Shown: positions 58,513 to 64,000 of the stretch, piece by piece
Position numbering within the stretch: position 1 is the stretch's first letter
Layout: each line of letters opens with the position of its first letter
NCBI GenBank assembly: GCA_040755995.1
Contig: JBFMAF010000008.1
Span: forward strand, 1-64,000
Length of the DNA: 64,000 nucleotides
Origin: Acidobacteriota bacterium
GTDB taxonomy: Bacteria; Acidobacteriota; CAIWXX01
Direction of reading: 5' to 3'
Notes under the pieces: generated by a model
What the model was told of the DNA's origin: nothing
What the model saw: the letters and a program-made list of their open reading frames with translations, nothing else
Databases searched by the model: none
Program-made: the position numbers and the translations under genes

Positions 58513-59391
58513 ATGGCCCGACCATTCACGATCGCCATCGCCTCCGGGAAAGGGGGAACCGGCAAGACAACCGTTGCCGTGAACCTGGCGAGCGTGCAGA
58601 GGCAACCGGTCCAACTGATGGACTGCGATGTCGAGGAGCCGAATTGCCATCTGTTCCTGGATGGCGCGATGCGCAGCCAGGAAGCGGTCGAGATCCCGGT
58701 CCCCGAGGTCGATGAGTCGCTCTGCGATGGCTGCGGCGAATGCAGCCGACTCTGCCAGTACCATGCCATCGTCTCGCTCAAGACCAAGCCTCTCTTGTTC
58801 CCCGAACTCTGCCACGGCTGCGGCGGCTGCGCCAAGGTCTGTCCTCCACGGGCCATCCGAGAGGTCGGCCGCCGCATCGGGGTCATTGAGACCTCTGTGT
58901 CAAATCACATCAGCTTGATCCAGGGTCGGCTCGATGTCGGCGTCCCAATCGCGCCGCCCCTGATCCGTGCCGTCAAGGCTCGGCGCAGGAGCGGCATGCA
59001 CGTAATCCTGGACGCGCCGCCGGGGACCTCGTGCCCGGTGATCACCACCGTGAGAGACTCGGACGTCGTAGTGCTGGTCACAGAACCGACGCCGTTCGGA
59101 CTCCACGACCTGGTGCTGGCGGTGCAGCTGATGCGAGAGCTGCGGATACCGTTCGGAGTAGTGGTCAATCGAGTCGGCTCCGGAGACGGCCGCGTCCACG
59201 CTTTCTGCCAGGCCGAAGGAATCCAAGTACTCCTGGAACTGCCGGAAGACCGTAGAGTCGCCGAAGCGTACTCCAGAGGCGAGCTCTTGTCGGACGTGCT
59301 GCCTGAGTACCGGCTGCTCTTCGTACGACTGCTGGAGACGATCCTGGACTGCTGCAATCAGACTGAAGGAGCCACACATGCCCACGTATGA
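58513..59391 (+). CDS. MinD/ParA-type P-loop ATPase with ferredoxin insert (COG1149-type)
   Basis: SGKGGTGKT, DCDVE, CDGCGEC..C, CHGCGGC..CP, DAPPGTSCP, VTEPT. Confidence 0.92.
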   Translation: MARPFTIAIASGKGGTGKTTVAVNLASVQRQPVQLMDCDVEEPNCHLFLDGAMRSQEAVEIPVPEVDESLCDGCGECSRLCQYHAIVSLKTKPLLFPELCHGCGGCAKVCPPRAIREVGRRIGVIETSVSNHISLIQGRLDVGVPIAPPLIRAVKARRRSGMHVILDAPPGTSCPVITTVRDSDVVVLVTEPTPFGLHDLVLAVQLMRELRIPFGVVVNRVGSGDGRVHAFCQAEGIQVLLELPEDRRVAEAYSRGELLSDVLPEYRLLFVRLLETILDCCNQTEGATHAHV

Positions 59392-59641
59392 GTACGAATG
59401 CCGAAAGTGCGGCCACCGATTCGAGCGGATGCAGTCCATCACGGATGCGCCGCTCGACGCGTGCCCGGTGTGCAACGGAGAGATCGCGCGCGTGGTCAGC
59501 GGCGGAGCCGGCTTCATTATCAAGGGGAGGGGGCAGGGCCGCACAGGCGGCCATGGCGACGGCTGCTCCATCGAGCAGCACGGGCACACCTGCTGCGGCC
59601 GTGAAGAGCGATGCGACAAGCCGCCTTGCGACGACAGATGA
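59378..59641 (+). CDS. FmdB-family zinc-ribbon protein
   Basis: MPTYEYECRKCGHRFE...CPVC...; Cys-rich tail. Confidence 0.88.
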   Translation: MPTYEYECRKCGHRFERMQSITDAPLDACPVCNGEIARVVSGGAGFIIKGRGQGRTGGHGDGCSIEQHGHTCCGREERCDKPPCDDR

Positions 59642-60591
59642 TGGTCCCACCCGCCGCTCAGCACGTGTACGGTCCTGTCTCCTCACGACGCCTGGGCCGA
59701 TCCCTCGGGATCGATTTGGTACCATTCAAGACATGCACCTATGATTGTATCTACTGCCAGCTTGGGCGCACCACGCACAAGACGGCGCTGCGTTCAGAGT
59801 ACGTGCCGATCGATGGTGTGTATGCCGAGTTGCGCGGGAGACTGGAGACCACAAGGTGCCTCGACTATGTGACCATCGCCGGCTCAGGCGAGCCGACATT
59901 GAACTCCCGCGTGGGCGACCTGATAGCGCAGATCAAGACACTCACGAACATCCCGGTTGCGGTTCTGACGAATGGGTCGCTGTTGTGGATGCGCGACGTG
60001 CAGGACGCCCTGATGGAGGCAGACCTGGTCCTCCCGTCGCTTGACGCAGGCGACGACAACCTCTTCAGGCATGTCAACCGCCCGCACAGAGATATCACGT
60101 TCGAAACGATGGTCGATGGCCTTGTCCAATTCAGGGATCGATTCGGGAAGCCGCTGTGGCTGGAGGTGTTCCTTCTCGGAGGGATTACTGGAATCCGCCC
60201 GGAAGTCGAAAGAATCGCAGCGCACGTCCGCCGGATCCGCCCGGAGCGAGTCCAGCTGAACAGCGTCTCACGCCCGCCTTGCGAGGACTTCGCCTTTGCT
60301 GTGCCCGCAAAGAGGCTGGAGGGACTCGCAACGCTGTTTGATAGGCGCGCGGATGTCGTCTGCGAAAGCGGGGACAACACATCCCAGACTCACGCCTCCG
60401 AGGCGGCCACCGACCAGGCGATCCTGGCTCTGCTGAGCAGAAGGCCGTGCACCGCGAAGGGTGTGGCCGACGGCCTCGGCATCCACATAAACGAGGCGAC
60501 CAAACGATTGCATCGCCTGGCCCAACAGAGAGAAGTGAGGCTCCTGCGCAGGCAGAGGAAACTGTTCTACCAGGTTGACATGACGCCATGA
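59638..60591 (+). CDS. Radical SAM protein (COG0731-like) with C-terminal HTH-like segment
   Basis: YGPVSSRRLGRSLG, CTYDCIYC (CxxxCxxC), GSGEPT, LTNGS. Confidence 0.92.
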   Translation: MMVPPAAQHVYGPVSSRRLGRSLGIDLVPFKTCTYDCIYCQLGRTTHKTALRSEYVPIDGVYAELRGRLETTRCLDYVTIAGSGEPTLNSRVGDLIAQIKTLTNIPVAVLTNGSLLWMRDVQDALMEADLVLPSLDAGDDNLFRHVNRPHRDITFETMVDGLVQFRDRFGKPLWLEVFLLGGITGIRPEVERIAAHVRRIRPERVQLNSVSRPPCEDFAFAVPAKRLEGLATLFDRRADVVCESGDNTSQTHASEAATDQAILALLSRRPCTAKGVADGLGIHINEATKRLHRLAQQREVRLLRRQRKLFYQVDMTP

Positions 60592-61475
60592 CGAGGGAGA
60601 TCGTGGTCATCAGCGGCAAGGGCGGCACGGGCAAGACTAGTCTGACCGCATCGTTCGCCACCCTCGCCCGCCAGCCGGTGATCGCGGACTGCGATGTCGA
60701 TGCGGCGGACCTGCATCTGGTTCTGGCGCCGCGCGTCATCGAACGGCACGAGTTCTGGAGCGGTCACGAGGCAGTGATCCGGCCGACCGAATGCACAGCC
60801 TGCGGCGCCTGCCTTGAAGACTGCCGCTTCGGAGCGATCAAGACGGACCGCCAGGCGAACGGCCAGATCACGTTCTCGATCGATCCTATGTCGTGCGAGG
60901 GCTGCGGAGTCTGCGTGCGATTCTGCCCCGTGCAGGCGATCGAATTCCGCCAGCGCCGGTGCGGCGAGTGGATGGTGTCGGATACCCGCTGCGGGCCCAT
61001 GGTCCACGCGCAACTGGGCATAGCCGCCGAGAACTCCGGTAAGCTCGTCTCGACGGTCAGGCGCGCAGCCCGCCGCGTCGCAGACGAAAGTGCGCGTACC
61101 ATGGTGATCGTCGACGGCCCGCCGGGCATCGGCTGCCCCGTCATCGCGTCGATTGCCGGCGCCGACGGCGTGTTGGTCGTCACCGAGCCTACGCGGTCAG
61201 GAGAACACGATCTTCGGCGAGTTCTGGAGCTGGCCCGTCACTTCCGAATCCCCTCGTGGGTGTGCGTGAACAAGAGCGACATCAATCCGGAGCTCACGGC
61301 GCGAATCGAAGAGGAAGCCAGGCGCCTCGGATCCGAAGTCGCCGGGCGGATCCCCTGGGACCCGTCGGTCACCGGAGCGCAGCTTGCGGGAGCATCGGTG
61401 GTCGAGTACGAAGACGGACCCGCCTCCAATAGCATAAGGACGATATGGGAGAGGTTGGAGAATGCGATTCTGTGA
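60588..61475 (+). CDS. Second MinD/ParA-type P-loop ATPase with ferredoxin insert (COG1149-type)
   Basis: SGKGGTGKT, DCDVDAAD, CTACGAC..C, CEGCGVC..CP, ENSGKLV, DGPPGIGCP. Confidence 0.92.
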   Translation: MTREIVVISGKGGTGKTSLTASFATLARQPVIADCDVDAADLHLVLAPRVIERHEFWSGHEAVIRPTECTACGACLEDCRFGAIKTDRQANGQITFSIDPMSCEGCGVCVRFCPVQAIEFRQRRCGEWMVSDTRCGPMVHAQLGIAAENSGKLVSTVRRAARRVADESARTMVIVDGPPGIGCPVIASIAGADGVLVVTEPTRSGEHDLRRVLELARHFRIPSWVCVNKSDINPELTARIEEEARRLGSEVAGRIPWDPSVTGAQLAGASVVEYEDGPASNSIRTIWERLENAIL

Positions 61476-61535
61476 TCGGCTTCGGCTATCCGAGCGAGCG
61501 GGCACCCGCGCCGCTACGATCATGAGGAACAGTTG

Positions 61536-62339
61536 ATGACGTATCCAGAACAGCTCCGCCTTGCCGGCTTGTTGACCGAGCCGGCGGTTCGCCACGCGAT
61601 CGACGACATGCAACTGCCGCGCGGAAGCACCGGCATCGATGCGGGATGCGGAATCGGGCAGCACGCGCTGTGGCTGGCCGAAGCGATCGGGAGCGGTGGA
61701 AAGGTTACCGGTGTGGACATTTCCACCGAGAACCTGACCGCCGCGGCGGCGACAGCGGAGGAGAGAGGATTCACGGGCCGCGTGAAGTTCCGCCAGGGGG
61801 ATCTTCTGCACCTCCCATTCGAGGACAGCTCATTCGACTGGGCCTGGTGTGCCGACACCCTCTGGCCCGTAGCGGGAATGGACCCCGTGGCTGGAGTCCG
61901 AGAGCTACGCCGAGTGGTCAGACCGGGAGGCAAGATCGGCGTCCTGTTCTGGTCGGGTCAGACGGTTCTACCCGGGTATCCGCTACTGGAAGCACGTCTG
62001 TACCTGGCTCATGCGGCCGCCAATCCCTATCTCAAGGATGTCCCGCCGGAGCTTCACTTTGTGCGGGCCAACAGCTGGCTTCGATCGGCGGGGCTCACGG
62101 AAATCCGCGTGCGGACCTATGCAGCAGAGACGCAGGCGCCGCTGTCCGCAGATAGACGGGATGCCCTCGCGTACTGGTTCTCGATGTTCTGGGGTGACCT
62201 CGAAGCACACGTTTCTGAAGAGGTCTGGGCTCAATTCCGGCGTCTATGCGATCCGGGATCCACTGAATGCATACTCCGTGATCCTGACTACCACAGCCTC
62301 ATCACGTATACGCTGTTCCGTGCAACGGTGCCAGTATGA
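61536..62339 (+). CDS. Class I SAM-dependent methyltransferase
   Basis: IDAGCGIG, GVDIS, GDLLHLPFEDSSFD, RVVRPGG. Confidence 0.9.
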   Translation: MTYPEQLRLAGLLTEPAVRHAIDDMQLPRGSTGIDAGCGIGQHALWLAEAIGSGGKVTGVDISTENLTAAAATAEERGFTGRVKFRQGDLLHLPFEDSSFDWAWCADTLWPVAGMDPVAGVRELRRVVRPGGKIGVLFWSGQTVLPGYPLLEARLYLAHAAANPYLKDVPPELHFVRANSWLRSAGLTEIRVRTYAAETQAPLSADRRDALAYWFSMFWGDLEAHVSEEVWAQFRRLCDPGSTECILRDPDYHSLITYTLFRATVPV

Positions 62340-62433
62340 ATCATCGGGAGATTGGAGCGCAGGCAGGGCGATAGATCAGGAGCATCGCATTCCGGGCCGA
62401 TCGCGGACCCGGCTGGCGATACTGGAGAAGAAG

Positions 62434-64000
62434 ATGAATTCACAAGATCAACTTGAATTGACACCGACGGCGCTCGAGCACGCGCAGAACCCGAGAAACT
62501 ACGGACCGCCGGGATCATTCAACGGGCATGCCAGAATCACTGGGCCTTGCGGAGACACGATGGAGTTCTGGCTTCAGATTCGGCACAACAGGGTGCTCAA
62601 GGCATCCTTCATCACCGACGGATGTGCTCCGTCGCTTGCCTGCGGAAGCGTGGCCACGTGCCTGCTCGATGGCAAGTCCCTCAGCGATGCACGTGCGCTC
62701 CGGCAACAGGACATCCTTGGCGCACTGGGCGGCCTTCCTGACGAGGTCGCGCATTGCGCGCTTCTCGCCGCTGACACACTGAGGGCTGCCTGCGAGGATT
62801 ACAATCGGGACAAGCCAACAGAAGCGCAGCCGACAGCCGGGGCGACATGCGAATCCTGCAACGATTCGTCGTCTTCTCCCCAGCAGCCCCGCCCCGGTGA
62901 GAGCGAGAAGGATTTCGAGGATCGTCGAAAGCTCGCGGCGCGGCTCTGCCGAATCCGCCACAGAATCGTGGTGCTCTCAGGCAAGGGCGGCGTAGGGAAG
63001 AGCATGCTGGCGGTCAATCTCGCGGTCGCACTAAAGCTGGCCGGCCGGCAGGTAGGGCTTCTCGACGTGGACATCCACGGCCCCAGCGTGCCGACCATGC
63101 TGGGGCTGGAGGGGACCAACGTGCACGGAGCAGACGGAGAGATGATCCCCGTGGACCTGGGTGGGCTGAAGGTCCTTTCCACGGGCTTCTTCCTCAGAAG
63201 CCAGGACGACGCCGTGGTCTGGAGAGGACCCCTGAAGATGGGTGTGATCAAACAGTTCTTGCAGGACGTCGCCTGGGGCGACCTGGATTTCCTGATCGTA
63301 GACTCACCACCAGGCACCGGCGATGAGCCGTTGAGCGTCTGCCAGCTGCTGGGGAAGATGGATGGAGCGATCATCGTAACAACCCCGCAGAAGGTAGCTG
63401 CCGTCGACGTCCGCAAGTCGATTTCGTTCTGCAGACAGGTCGGCGTGCCCGTGCTTGGAGTGGTGGAGAACATGAGCGGCTTTGCCTGCCCGCATTGCGG
63501 TGAGATCACCCATATCCTGCGTACAGGCGGAGGAAGGCGCATAGCGGAGGACATGAACGTGCCGTTTCTCGGCTCGATCCCGATTGATCCGATGATCGCA
63601 GCAACCGGGGACGAGGGAGAGGTGCTCGTCGAGCACCAGCCCGACTCGGCAACCGCACGTATCCTGCGGGAGATCATCAGGCCCATCCTGGCGCTGGACG
63701 GTGCGGACGAACTGGAAGGCAGTGGAGTGGATTCGGAGAAAAAAGAGGAGAGAACCATGCGGATCGCGATACCCCTGGCAGACGGAATGCTGGCGATGCA
63801 TTTCGGTCATTGCGAGAAGTTCGCCCTGCTCGACGTGGACATGACAAAGAAGGAGATCGTCAAACGGGACGATGTAGAGGCGCCCCCGCACCAGCCGGGC
63901 CTGTTGCCGAACTGGCTCGCCCAGCGCGGCGCGCACGTGATCATCGCAGGCGGGATGGGACAGCGCGCGCTGGGGCTGTTCAGCCAGCAGGGCATAAGAG
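62434..64000 (+). CDS. IscU/NifU_N - Mrp/NBP35 ATPase - NifB/NifX triple fusion (Fe-S carrier, MrpORP-like); 3' end outside the window
   Basis: Manual translation (absent from the ORF track): NPRNYG..GPCGD..DGC..HCA (IscU), SGKGGVGKS, DVDIHGPS, DSPPGTGD, ENMS..CPHC (Mrp), then MRIAIP..HFGHC..AGGMGQRA (NifX); no stop to the window edge. Confidence 0.88.
   Translation, partial: MNSQDQLELTPTALEHAQNPRNYGPPGSFNGHARITGPCGDTMEFWLQIRHNRVLKASFITDGCAPSLACGSVATCLLDGKSLSDARALRQQDILGALGGLPDEVAHCALLAADTLRAACEDYNRDKPTEAQPTAGATCESCNDSSSSPQQPRPGESEKDFEDRRKLAARLCRIRHRIVVLSGKGGVGKSMLAVNLAVALKLAGRQVGLLDVDIHGPSVPTMLGLEGTNVHGADGEMIPVDLGGLKVLSTGFFLRSQDDAVVWRGPLKMGVIKQFLQDVAWGDLDFLIVDSPPGTGDEPLSVCQLLGKMDGAIIVTTPQKVAAVDVRKSISFCRQVGVPVLGVVENMSGFACPHCGEITHILRTGGGRRIAEDMNVPFLGSIPIDPMIAATGDEGEVLVEHQPDSATARILREIIRPILALDGADELEGSGVDSEKKEERTMRIAIPLADGMLAMHFGHCEKFALLDVDMTKKEIVKRDDVEAPPHQPGLLPNWLAQRGAHVIIAGGMGQRALGLFSQQGIR

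Noticed and set aside
52877..64000. Nitrogen fixation cluster
   Set aside because: Only NifX-like and NifU-like domains are present; there is no nifHDK/ENB, and these domains are common in non-diazotrophic anaerobes.
1..64000. CRISPR array, tRNA or rRNA genes
   Set aside because: No regularly spaced repeats or RNA gene signatures were seen.

Overview
GC-rich bacterial DNA with five blocks. (1) 182-23898: an operon behind a sigma-54-type promoter, with one MacA-like adaptor, one stand-alone ABC ATPase and a tandem array of divergent MacB/FtsX-type permeases (8 intact, plus 3 deleted or remnant copies out to 26640) with two small unknown genes embedded. (2) 23997-40719: co-oriented, mostly signal-peptide-bearing hydrolases (Ntn amidase, propeller proteins, GT-like/MBL fusion, two class C serine hydrolases, alpha/beta hydrolase) ending in a LytS/LytTR pair. 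(3) 40720-47330: a rearranged zone bounded by diverged direct repeats, holding gene relics, an orphan SPASM domain, an ABC exporter and an in-frame three-part chimeric ORF. (4) 47487-50599 (minus strand): a form IV RuBisCO-like protein operon with a split transketolase whose substrate-binding residues are non-canonical. This is the best candidate for an undescribed pathway. (5) 52838-64000: an extended Orange-protein-like (ORP) Fe-S/metal cluster with two more sigma-54-type promoters, interrupted by a nucleoside hydrolase and a Met/Cys PLP lyase, and ending in an IscU-Mrp-NifX triple fusion that runs off the window. No rRNA, tRNA, CRISPR array or intact transposase was seen. All assignments come from motif recognition by eye; no database search was run.
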